Assembly: GCA_036172245.1 (NCBI GenBank)
Contig: JAYWIR010000023.1
Span: forward strand, 62,001-126,000
DNA length: 64,000 nucleotides
Reading direction: 5' to 3'
Origin: Raillietiella orientalis
Lineage: Eukaryota
Under the pieces are notes generated by a model that saw only the letters and a program-made list of their open reading frames with translations, was not told where the DNA came from and ran no database searches. Shown piece by piece: positions 52,521 to 63,657 of this stretch (the first letter of the stretch is position 1; each line of letters opens with the position of its first letter). A program made the position numbers and the translations under genes.

Positions 52521-53591
52521 ACATACGGATCACTCCCAAACAAGCTGCGTTAATATCACATGTTCCTTTTGAGAATTCTGTGGCTCTATTTCCCACTCGT
52601 GCAGCCGAAACTCCGGGAAAGTCATTATGCCTGCTCCTGAGCAGAGGAAGCTCTTTTCGTCCAGCAGATTAGTGAGCTGCTTCCTGACCAAAGACTGCTG
52701 TGCTCTGCCTTCTTTCCTGCATGATCGTAAGGGTACCATTCTTTGGATCATAGAATTTATCCTCTCGACAGATGGATACTCTCTGAAGCTCCGTGAGTGC
52801 CATGGGGTCGAAAGGAGGATGACCTCTCAGAGTACTGAGAGATTCCCTGGGTCAGAATTCCCGCTGTGCTGTACGCTTTGGGGAACCCCTTGGCCTTCCC
52901 ATTCTCTACTTCCTTCCTATGTTCCTCAGATAGCTCAGAAAATGCTTCTCCCCTAGAACTCACGAAAAACTATGTGGCACCTTTTGTCTATCCAGGAAAC
53001 CGTTCTCAAGGTCATTCCACATTGAAGATCGTTGCTGAATTTATGACAAGATCCAAATTGTTGACTGTGTACCAAAATATCCCGCAGGTAATGCGAGCAA
53101 ACCCTCAAAAAAACAAATATCGTTTTAAATATTTTATGAATGCTGTGATTTGGGGGATCACAACCGAGGCATATCAACTCTGATTTGGTTGAATAGGGCA
53201 AACTGACGCAGCAACAAATTGATTCTCGCTGCTTCGGCCCTACTTTACCAATGCGACTGAGGTCGATGTAAAAGAAAATTTGTTTATGGGGAACATCGAT
53301 CATGGTGAGATCATCCAGGTAATAGGATCAGTCGTATTGTAAAGTCTGAAATCAAGAGAACATCGAAACATGAACGAACAACAAGAATACTGTCGCATTT
53401 ATAAACTACCGTGCAAAGTTCTTTAGAAAAGAAGAAAACCTTATAATTCCCAGTGTGGATGACCGAAAAACGCTCTTTTTGCGGCGCAGATTACGGACGA
53501 CTTCCGTCAACGAAAAGCTAAGGGGGACGGGCACAACCGAAGCACCTTTTCAGTTTATCCTAAAGCAATGACTGACAAGAACCATCATGGT

Positions 53592-53635
53592 TTCCAGAAA
53601 TAAAGTCATCTGTTAGGATGACTTTATTTCTGGAA
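53592..53635. repeat. Perfect 19-bp hairpin with 6-nt loop upstream of UVSSA
   Basis: ttccagaaataaagtcatc-tgttag-gatgactttatttctggaa. Confidence 0.9.
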
Positions 53636-54329
53636 TGTTTCCTCTGTAGCTATTTCTGAAAATGACATTACTCAAGGACACGGGATAATCCAGATACAGA
53701 TTTTCTTGCCGTTCCCGGGCCTGTAGTAACGTAAACAGACTCTCCATCAGTCTGACTAATTCTATGCGGACGACCAGCTCGGCAGAAATTCATCTTGGGA
53801 AGGGATGCTGGATGCCTTGGCACGCTGTCGTGCCTGGAGCCTGCAGCAGAGGTAATTGCGGAACGCTGCGGGCCGTGGAAAGGGGTTTGTGGTGTTCAGG
53901 AAGTATGATGAAAGATTACTCGGATTTACTCGGATTGTTTTTGAAACCCCGGGCCATGAACCGGAGTCGCACATCTCTGCTGATTTAAAAGTATTTTCAC
54001 TGGGAGAATCGAACAGCTTTCACGTTCGATTGTTCGGAATTGCTTCGAAAAGAGTTCATTTCCGCCTGCTGGACTGTTTGGAACTGCTACAAAATGTTTG
54101 TGGGTTTCAGTTGTTAAGGTATGTTCTAGTAGATTCACATTAGAATTCGGTGCTTCTGCTTTTCAAGATTTTAAAGCCTTCGATTTTAGGAAGCATGCTT
54201 CCAAGCTACATCATTGTGTGCTCTCTAGGCACAGTGACCATTGAACATTATTCATTTTTTACCGAAAATTTGAAAACATCAATGTGCACTTATCATTTGA
54301 TTGATAATTAAATTGGACTTTTAAAACTA

Positions 54330-55907
54330 ATGGATGAAGAATTAATTCAAAGCCTGACAAAGCTTCGGAAACGTCTATCCAGTGAGCAGTTTTCCATCAA
54401 ACTGAAGCAAGTCCTTGAGTAAGTGCAAAACTTTCATTGTATTAGACATTCTGTCGGATTATTATGTGTATATCTCTGCATGCTTGTAAATCCTTTTCGT
54501 GGATCTTAAGAATCGTGTTAATGTTATGCTGGTGTACTTCAGAACAAAAAACATTGATGTGGAAGCTCACATGCAGGTGCTATTTCGTTTTGTGACTTCA
54601 TCCCCATCAGATGTGAAGATCACTGCTTGGAACGTTATTCACGTTTTGTTTCAGTGAGTATTTTAATACCCTGTTGTTGACATCATTATGTTCATATTGC
54701 TTTTTTATGGAATTAGGGAGAATAAAAGATTCAGGGAATTAGTAATCTCTAAACTTCCCCGTCTTTTCAACCAATGTAAAGAGTTAAGTACATCTCAGTC
54801 AACCAAACAGGTGGCAGCTGTGAAAACAATCCAGATTGTCATTCTTGACTGTGTCCAAAAATGGCATACTGAATATGGACAACAATATCGCCTTCTGTCC
54901 CTTGGTTTTAAGCATCTTCAGAGAAAATTTAAGGTGGGAAATGATCGATCACAATTTTATGTCGGCTTGTAGACACTCTTGACATTCTTGGAAGAAAATA
55001 ATCTACATCGATGTGAAGCTAGTACTTCAGAAAGCACCAGAGGAGGATCCTTGGATGAAAGAGCCATTGTTCACATCAGCAGCTGTGTCCTGCAAATCAA
55101 GTCTGATTTGCGAGAGTGTTTGATGCACTTGGAAAATGCCCTTCCGGTACTGCTACCAGATTTGGAAATGTTGGATCAAGAGCAACTTGAGGGGAATCCT
55201 CTTAGCATGCCAGAATTGCTTCAAGAGCATGGACTTCTTTCTACCCATTATTCTCTAGAGGTGGACATACCTACTGGTAGTAGAGCACTGTGAAGTGACT
55301 GTACTTCTTATTCTTTGTTTTAGAACCAAAAATTATTGAGATTACTAATGATAATGCAGAGCTTGTGCAAGGATGCAGGGAGTTTCTAAAGCAACTACAA
55401 GATAAATTCTTACCTTTATTGAGCACCTGGAAAAAAGTTCTCACTGAGAAAGTCCCTTCAGGCAGTGCTGCAAGTCTCCATTTCAAGCTGAAAGATGAGA
55501 TTCAGGCACTTCAGGATCGTGCAGTTTGGTTGCTGACTAATTATATTAGAATTGGCATACTTCCTTCATGCACTCATTTCAATGCTAACAAGGATGACAG
55601 CAGTGATTCGGATTGGGAAGAAGTGCCCACAAAAGAAGGTTATGAATGGGCAGCACATCCTCCTGGGGAAAGTCAGAGCTTAGGAGAAGCTCTCGCATCA
55701 AATGATGTTTTGCCAGAATCTGTTGACAGGTGAGCATGGGTGAATTTAGGAATGCCATAATGGTGAATTAGAACCAAAAGGACAGCAGCTGTCACTTCTA
55801 AGTTGGGAACAATCCTACATCACAGAAAAAGCAAGACTGATTCATCCAGAATAAAACGAGTCAAGAATAAAAATTCTCTCAGGGAGAAAGTACTTCGTTC
55901 AAGATGA
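54330..55907 (+). CDS. UVSSA: UV-stimulated scaffold protein A-like (TC-NER factor), divergent and short (420 aa)
   Basis: Exons 54330-54418, 54543-54653, 54717-54933, 54973-55276, 55324-55729, 55772-55907 (1263 nt, phases consistent). VHS-like N-terminus (LFQENKRFRELVISKL; VQKWHTEYGQQYRLLSLGFKHL). Further UVSSA-like blocks: ECLMHLENALPVLLP, LQEHGLLSTHYSLEVDI, DNAELVQGCREFLKQLQDKFLPLLSTW, and acidic DSDWEEVPTKEGYE matching the UVSSA FVEVPEKEGYE motif. Confidence 0.88.
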
Positions 55908-58113
55908 AAGCTTGTATTTCTGCACTCAAGAATGGGCATTTCCTGAATGCAGAATATGCAGAATGAGATGCTTGCCTCTGGAAGCCTTCTTTCTCATGAA
56001 TTATGAGTCCCAAAGGGGAGTTGGTATGGAGCATTGGCATACAATTCATTCCATCTGATGCTGAGAAGCACTTTTACATTACTGAAATTTCTTTTTGCCT
56101 TCCTGCAAGTATAACTTGCCATTAGTGAAAAGTTTGAGGACAGCATCTGCAAACAGGGATGCTTTCCCGTGCTTATCACAAACCCAATTAAAAAAACAGG
56201 ATAGTGCTTCCAGGAGTGCCCATTAGAGTTTCCTGGAATGTTGTGGAAGATGTTCTTGATTTGATTTAGTTGAAGATCAAACAGGTAAAGATGGAAGTCC
56301 TAAGTGACAAGGTGAATTAAGTATGACCAAGTGTGACTCAATCATCAAACATTTGTTTGGATATACAATGTAGCAAACATCTCCCCAAAAAGTAACAAGC
56401 AAAAGAGTAAAAAAAAAAAAAAAATTAACTTCAGCTTTCTGCCTGTTGTAGCAATTTTCCATCACATTGGCAACTCACAATGCCCACCAGGGTCAGTAAT
56501 TAGGAAAACTGGTATTTCAATGTGGTTTTGAATCATAAAGACTGTATGCACCCAATCTTTGTGCATGTGAAGATCGTGTTGACTTTTGTGTGTGTAAGGC
56601 AGCACATGAAGTCATGCAGTAAATCATGACAGAAACTGCTAGTTCCAAAATCACTCAACCATGTTCAGGTTTTCTAAATAAAACAGGCATCTTTCATTGC
56701 TTCTGAAGTGTCAGAAACACTGATAGAAGCTGTAGATTGATCTATACATTTTGTGTGATGCTGCATTTGTTTTGCAATTTGCATGGAAACCATTGTTACG
56801 TTGTCTCCTAATTGTGTTAACAAGCTGAATCGAAATCTTGATTTTCGGGTAAACAAAACCTGGTAAAAGGGTGAGCTATTTTACTTGTCCTGTGCTTTCG
56901 CCTCCCCAATACGAAAGCACAGGCACAAGTACACATTATAAGATAACTATTGTGAACTTCACAATGCAGAAACATCAAAAGCATAAAGAGTCCTTCGATT
57001 GCCTCCCTGCCAGAAAATGTGAAAGGAGCAGGAGGGCTTGTGCAGCTGGAAATTTATGCAGAAAGGGAATGGACCAATGCTGCTGAGAACCTGACTGTAT
57101 TCGCAGAACCCGTAGGATTCGTTAACTCTCGTCGACGATATGAGATCATCCTGCCACGATCAAGGAAGATCTGTTCATTTCTTGCTCTCGTGTGTCAGTT
57201 GCTTCGCATCTCAATAAATCGCGGCACTAAGGAATCGCTTATGGCATGACTGAGCCTAAACCATTAGCAACAAAGGTGACTGCGGAACCCACAAATGACC
57301 GAATTTTTGAATCGATAGGGGGCAAATGCTAATTAGTCCTGTTTCATAACTTTCGAGTTGCAAGATCGCACTCTGGAGGAAAGGGAAAAAGCAAGAGCAC
57401 AACCCGGATAATTCTTCTGTGTTCTTTTCCTGTCTTCTGGGATGAATTTTGCGACTGATGGGTGTGGTAAAGTTTGGAGCTGAAGCCACAGTACATTTAA
57501 CGAAATCCTCCCAGTGGCAGCACGTAGAGCCGACACCAAATAATTGCGGATGAATTGCACCACAGAGCAGCAACCAAAGAAAAAAACACACGTAGGAGGA
57601 AGGAAGACGCCGGACTGCAACCTCTTAGGAATGGATGCAGAGTTCCGACATGTTCAAGAGTAGATCTTGAACTCCTTCTAATGCTATTCTTATTTGCACG
57701 TCGGAAAAATTCAAAAAAAAAAAAAAAAAAAAAGCCATATTGTAAACCTCATTCTAATGGAACCGAAAAGTCTAAACGTGCCTGATCCAACTGGTACCAA
57801 GTTTTAAGAACCACAGCTGTTCCTAGCAACTTTCTGCCGCGAAGATATGAAAGCCACCTGGTCGTAACTGGTCATTTCAGTCTTCGTTCTTTCTTGCCTC
57901 CATATTTCCGGATTGAAAATGACACTCCGTTAGAGCGATGACCTTTATTATTTCTTATTTATTACATCTAATCAGCGTCGGAGTTGCCATGGTTTCGGCA
58001 CTCCAAAAGAAAGAGGAGTTGAAGATATGTCTTGTGTGTTTCCCCAAAATTTTTTGCGACACTCCGAACCGATGCCCTGCCCAGCCTGAATTCCTCAGGG
58101 GAAATTTTCCATC

Positions 58114-59344
58114 ATGGCCTTAGGAGCGGCGCTCATGGGGTTGGTCGGCGCTGTGGTAGTGACGTGGTACTTCTTCGGGGACAAGAACATCGAGGTAAAG
58201 GTCGCCTCCTCGTAATGCCCTCCTGCACTCGGTTCTCATGCTGCGCTGGTTGCTCGCACTTCGAACCCTCCTCGCGCTGCGGCAACCGGCAACGTTTCTT
58301 GGTAGGGTGCGCGTTTTTTTTTTTTTTTTACAGGCAGCTGCAGGCATGCTCAGTCGTGGGAGTTCCTCGGACCACAAGAACCCATGCAGACGGGTGCTCT
58401 TCTCGGAGCCACCCTCTAAGTTCCATCGAGCGGGCTCTCTTTTCGTAATTCGGTCTCGCGCTCGTTTCCCCACCGTTTGGGAGAACAATGCGGATAGCTC
58501 AACCCAGTAGTCAGTGCTTCTCCTGCCGCTCTAAGCAAGCATACGTAGCGTGAGCCCTCCAAGTAGAGAACAAGATCGCAGTCATGAGGGCATAGGGAAG
58601 TGATGAAGCCGAGGGGTACGACTGGGAGAAAGGATAAAGTGTACTCACGAGCGGTATAGGAATTAAAGCTTGCTGTGGGTGAGAAGTGTGGGTCATGAGG
58701 AGGTGGTAAAAGAGTTGCGGGAAGCTTGCAGGTCGCGGAAGGAAGGATGGGGCGGAGAGTCTCACTGAGATGAGCTGCGAGATCTTTCGTTCCAGAGTCC
58801 TCCAAGGAGAAAGCGCCGCCTACGATCTCCCTTGGGGGTGGTGCGCAGGCACCCAGCGGACGATGCCATCCCCAGCTGGAAGGGCAGGCTAAGCGCATCG
58901 CCCTCGGAGGAGGACCTGCATGTGGAACTGATCCAGGAGCTGTCTCGGGATGAGACCATCAATGAGGATACCCCTGCTAGGTCGCCCACCTCCTCGGACC
59001 CGGAGGCCTCCGGGAGGAGTTCGAGACGTGCCCAGATGCCAGAAAGGACATTCATGCTGTTTCGAGGTCGGCGATCGCTTTCCCTGGACCTGACCAACGA
59101 GCGCTCACCATCCCGCAGGGGAGGAGGGACCTATTGTCCCAGAAAGGCTGGAGAGCCCCGCCGTCTCGAAGGCAGACGAAGCCCACTCCGTAACGAGGAA
59201 GTTCACTTAAGGAGAGCGCGAGGTGCCGGAGGAAGGCGCGACGACAAAGACGTGTGGGATGCCACAGGCACACGTTACCCGGATATCCTCATCCGCGAAA
59301 ACAGGACCGGGAACAATACCATCCTTATTCTGCCCAACGCGTAG
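58114..59344 (+). CDS. Candidate orphan protein with N-terminal hydrophobic anchor and R/S/P-rich disordered tail (about 246 aa; 5' end uncertain)
   Basis: Three phase-0 exons join without stops: 58114 (or acceptor 58099)-58194 with GAG|gtaaag; 58334-58444 with tttttacag| and TTC|gtaatt; 58796-59344 with ttccag| and TAG. Product begins MALGAALMGLVGAVVVTWYFFGDKNIE. No domain recognised. Confidence 0.45.
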
Positions 59345-59639
59345 CCCTCATACGAGGAGAAGTGCTGCTCACACACGTCCGATCGCTGGACAGATGTGCC
59401 TCTCACTGGCAGTGCAATAAAAACCGAGGAACCGGGAGCTTCCGAACAACCAATTCCAACAAGCTGTTCTCCAGAAAAACCTGGGTCATGATGATTATTA
59501 CCAAGATTATAGTGAAAAATTTTAATTTTGTCTTCTCTATTCCTCAGCATTTTTGATGCTTCGCTCTGCGAAAGCAATCTTTAGCTATGAAAACAACATC
59601 CATAAATTTTAAGTGATGCTCACAGCAATCGATACCTGA

Positions 59640-61560
59640 TCAGCTAACAAGGTATAACCAAGGACTTCTAATCTCTAAATGGTTATTCTCGTTCTATCTC
59701 TACTCTCAAAAGAATTGAAGTCTTCCATTTTAATTATCTTTTCAGTCTCCTGCATTATACTCCTCAGACCCTCTCTAATTCCCGTGATTCTCTTGACAGT
59801 TTCCTCTAAACTGGGAATTCTATCTAAAATCTAAGTCCCGCTTCCCATTTTTTATCCATTTTTTTCTAATTTCCATCTTCTTTCAGACCTCGATATCAAA
59901 CTCGCCATCATCTTGCATTTACCACTTGCTCTCCCTTCTTACATTCACTAAAATATAGTCACTAATTCTAGGCTTAAAATGTGAATTCTTCACCGGATCC
60001 ATTTCACGAATAATTTAAATACTTCTGAAAGGCATCCATCATCATAGCTAGTTTCAACCCAAATTTCATTTTCATATCCACTGCTATCTCCCTAGAAATC
60101 TCAAGCAATTTAAAATTAAAATCCTATCCCTTAGGACTTTTAGAAGTCACTCATTAATCGTAACTTGATTCGAAATAATCTCAAATACATGAATTATCTC
60201 TTAACAAAACCATAATTCAATCTCCTTCCTACATCTTAATGTCCTTTTCCTCCCCATCGTTAGTCGTCTCAATATTCGATGGTCACCAGACCCATTAACA
60301 CATCACCTCTACAATCTTTCACCATCCCGAATAACACACTATCAAATAACCAACATTCCACCAATGGTATAAACAAACCTTGAAAAAAAAAAAAAAAAGA
60401 TTCTATCCTTATCCCTTCCTGCTATGTCAATCGTGCTTTCTCTCATGCCTACAAATCACTAATTTCGCACATAAAAACATTAACGAATTAGATCGAGCAT
60501 AAAACCACGAACGATGAACTAACACTTCGTCCAAAGCCAGTGTGCATCTAAACATCATGCCTAATTGACTTAAAGTAGAATCACTTCTTTGCATCAATCC
60601 CTGTTCTCCCTTTACACTCGAATATACCTCAGTAACCACCTCAATATAGGCCAAATACACCAATTGCATTAAAAGCGAACCATTAAATACGCCCCAATGT
60701 AGGTGAATTCATCCGAGTAGGTGCTGCCATAGCTTCTAATAATGAAGATCTAAATGGTAGCATTAGCATAACCCCAACACATCCCCATCCATAAAGATTT
60801 GATCCCGAGCAGAGTTTTTAATTAAATCTCTCCGGTCAAACCAAAACCCAATGGAGATGACAGACGAAGTAAACATGGAATGAAAGATCTCCGAATTTCC
60901 ATATTCAAATCACTCTGCAAATACGAAGATGATCTTCCTAGCCACGCAGATGTCTACCCGTTAAAAAATGAAGAAAAGAATCAGGAAGTATGCACCCGTT
61001 AGCCACCAAAAACAGAATGCACCCGGACATTCCGATTTTCTATCCACCGATTTTCCACCACCGCCAGTTTCCCACATGACTCACTTGAGAGCAAACTATA
61101 GCCGCTTTGTAATCAACTTGCTGAATACACAGCAATGATTAGAGAAATGATCATGCTACCAACGATACCATCCCTCCAACACGGAAACCTGAACGGTTTT
61201 ATACCTAAACAATATTTAAACAGCACATTCCCTACCCGAATATACTATGCTTGCCACAAAATATAATCCTGAAAACACTACTGAACCGTAGGCATTAGGA
61301 AGCCACGAAGGAACACTGTAAATCGGCAGCTATTACGAAACACTCCACTGCAACAACACACCTTCCACTCTTATTCCACTTCCCATCAACCTAATGCATC
61401 AAAGCCACGTCATCTCCAAGATAAATCATATCCACCTAAACGCCGGTACAAACAAACATCCAAACGCTTGTTTTAAATCACTCACTCTGATGTCTGCGCC
61501 ATACAAAAATCACCATCACTGAAATCATTCTGTCTTCCAAAAAATACACAAAATATGAAA
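59640..61560 (-). mobile_element. Probable heavily decayed non-LTR retrotransposon remnant
   Basis: Strong strand asymmetry (G-poor, C/A-rich on +) and no intact ORF. Minus-strand LEISREIAVDMKMKFGLK near 60050-60110 loosely resembles the RT motif FSxDIxMxFGLxKC. Confidence 0.3.
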
Positions 61561-61672
61561 AAATCAACCTATATAAACCCGCCTAAAACATGCGATTCCC
61601 CGCATAACCACTACCACTGTGCATATCAATCTACCACCTCTCATCCGAAACCTCACTACAGTATAAAGGTAA

Positions 61673-62425
61673 CCCTTTGCACTCCAGTGGCCCGGCTGAG
61701 GGGACATGCAAAATGGCACCACAGATCCACCGGCCACGCCGAGGGGATTGCGTTAGAGTGGGGACCAGAGTCATGCATTCCTTACATTGCAGGCCAAAAT
61801 ATGCAACCCACTCGTCGGCATGCAAAGTGAGTGCAAAGGAGCGCCGTTATCGTTCACAGTTTCCTGTTACATATCACTGCTCCGCAAACAGTACGCTCTG
61901 TACAGTGGCAACCATGATTTCTTAACGTTCGTTTTCGACCAGGACCTCGACTTTTCCAGAAAAGTTGCTCGCTAAGTGCCATCAGTCAGCTGCAAAGCAA
62001 TTTGCTAAAGGTGGATAAAGAGGAAAGGGATTACGTAAATTCTGAATTGAATGAAAGTGAAGAAGAAGTTCATTTATACCCAGTTGATGACAATTCAACT
62101 GATACAGCATCTGAAGATAGTTCTAGTGATGGCGAAATTATTGTAAAACGGCGACGAAGACTCGGAATCATTCAGAGTGAAAACTTTCGGAGAAGAAGAT
62201 GAATGGGGGTCGATATAACGGATAGCAAAAGGATTCCGGAAAGGATGAATTATACAGTACCTGCCAGGGTCAGCGGACCACAGATTGCATCTAACACTGT
62301 GGAACCAATAGAACGTTTCCAGTTATTTTTCACACAGAAGAGCTTGTCAAAGGGGATCATCGAAGGAACCAACAGTTTTGCACAAAGAATAATCGCAGCG
62401 AAACACCTGAAGGATGAACACTTGT
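61673..62425 (+). mobile_element. piggyBac-family transposon 5' remnant (TIR + frameshifted N-terminal transposase)
   Basis: gtaa|CCCTTTGCACTC resembles a TTAA|CCC piggyBac end, with an inverted copy GAGTGCAAAGG at 61829-61839. An acidic N-terminus (ESEEE...DTASEDSSSD) is followed by EPIERFQLFFT...IIEGTNSFAQ, matching the piggyBac/PGBD PxxxFxLFF...IVxxTNxYA block. Similarity ends at a poly-T run. Confidence 0.8.
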
Positions 62426-63657
62426 CATTTTTTTTTTTTTTCTTATCCATGCCAAACGACTGCCTTTCACATTTTCGATTGCGCTGGGGAGTTGCTGGTC
62501 GGTCGGGTCGACCTCGCTTGGAGTGCAGAGAGTTTCCAATGAATGAGAAATCACTCTACCAGCCATACTCCTTCTCCCCCCAAAACTATTCCTCATTTAC
62601 CAAAGTACTCACAAGAGCATTAATCCCCAATACCCCCCCGAGACAACTCCGGGGACTCTTTGAAACCCCTCTTCGTTCGCGACGCTCTTCGGCCAGCAGC
62701 CTCGCTGGCAGTCCTTTGCTGCCTACGCGGGATCGCCGCTGCTTGGAGCAAAGCAACGGGAGGATCCAGCCATAGGGATGCCATCCACTTCGCCGCCCTT
62801 TTCATCAGGATAGCAACGCGATGGCCCCACGCAACCTTGCTGACATCCGACAGAGGATGGACAGGATTGCCACCAGCAGACAGTGGTCCCTTCCCGCCCT
62901 CCCAAAGTGCATTTATTCTTATTTTTTTGTTTCTCTTTTTTTCTTTTTGGTTGTCCCTTCCCCTCTGCTGCCGAGGTGGACCGCGCCTGTCTGAGAACCG
63001 GTGACCCAGCAGGTATCCATTAAATTGTGCGTGGTTGGACCACGGGTCCAACCACAGTTCCTGTGATATGTTTGTTTTTGAAATAAACGCCCTGACGCAC
63101 CCGGGTGGAAATCAATACTTTGATCCAGAACACTCATCCGAAACTACTCAGAATTCTATAAATATAAATTCTAATATGTGGGAATATTACAGACTAATAA
63201 TAACCATCACCATAAGACAAAGGGCATACCCCCCCCCCCAGACTAGACGAACGACATTTCAAACTCTTCTCTCCCTAACAATTTCTCCAAGTTTTTTTTT
63301 TTACTCACTGACCCAATATGCACACTTTGCCTCGGTCTCTTCAACGATCAGACCGATTAAACATATTTTTCTTGTTTCCCAGGACCGGCCCTGTTTTCGT
63401 GCACTTTCCAGAGTTCTGTAGGATTTCCTTCCTACGTAGTGCTCATTGCCGTCTTCCGACAGCCCGCCGAACCGTCAACATTGAAAGGAAGAGTGCAACT
63501 GGCCCGAGGACATCCGCACGGAATGCCCAAGAACTAGAATGTTCCTTGACTTTGGGAACTTGAACGAATCCTGTCCTTACTCTACGATTATCGGCCACAC
63601 GAACATAATAATAATACCACGCCGTTGTTCTGTTCCGTGGCCAACTTCCGCAAGCAG

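Noticed and set aside
51728..52672. 314-aa ORF
   Set aside because: The C-terminal half is a translation of a G-poor low-complexity tract that lacks stops for compositional reasons.
56990..57086. Cys-rich peptide CERSRRACAAGNLCRKGMDQCC as the missing UVSSA zinc-finger exon
   Set aside because: Cys spacing is wrong, the CPFHG end is absent, and it lies beyond an in-frame stop in the natural last exon.
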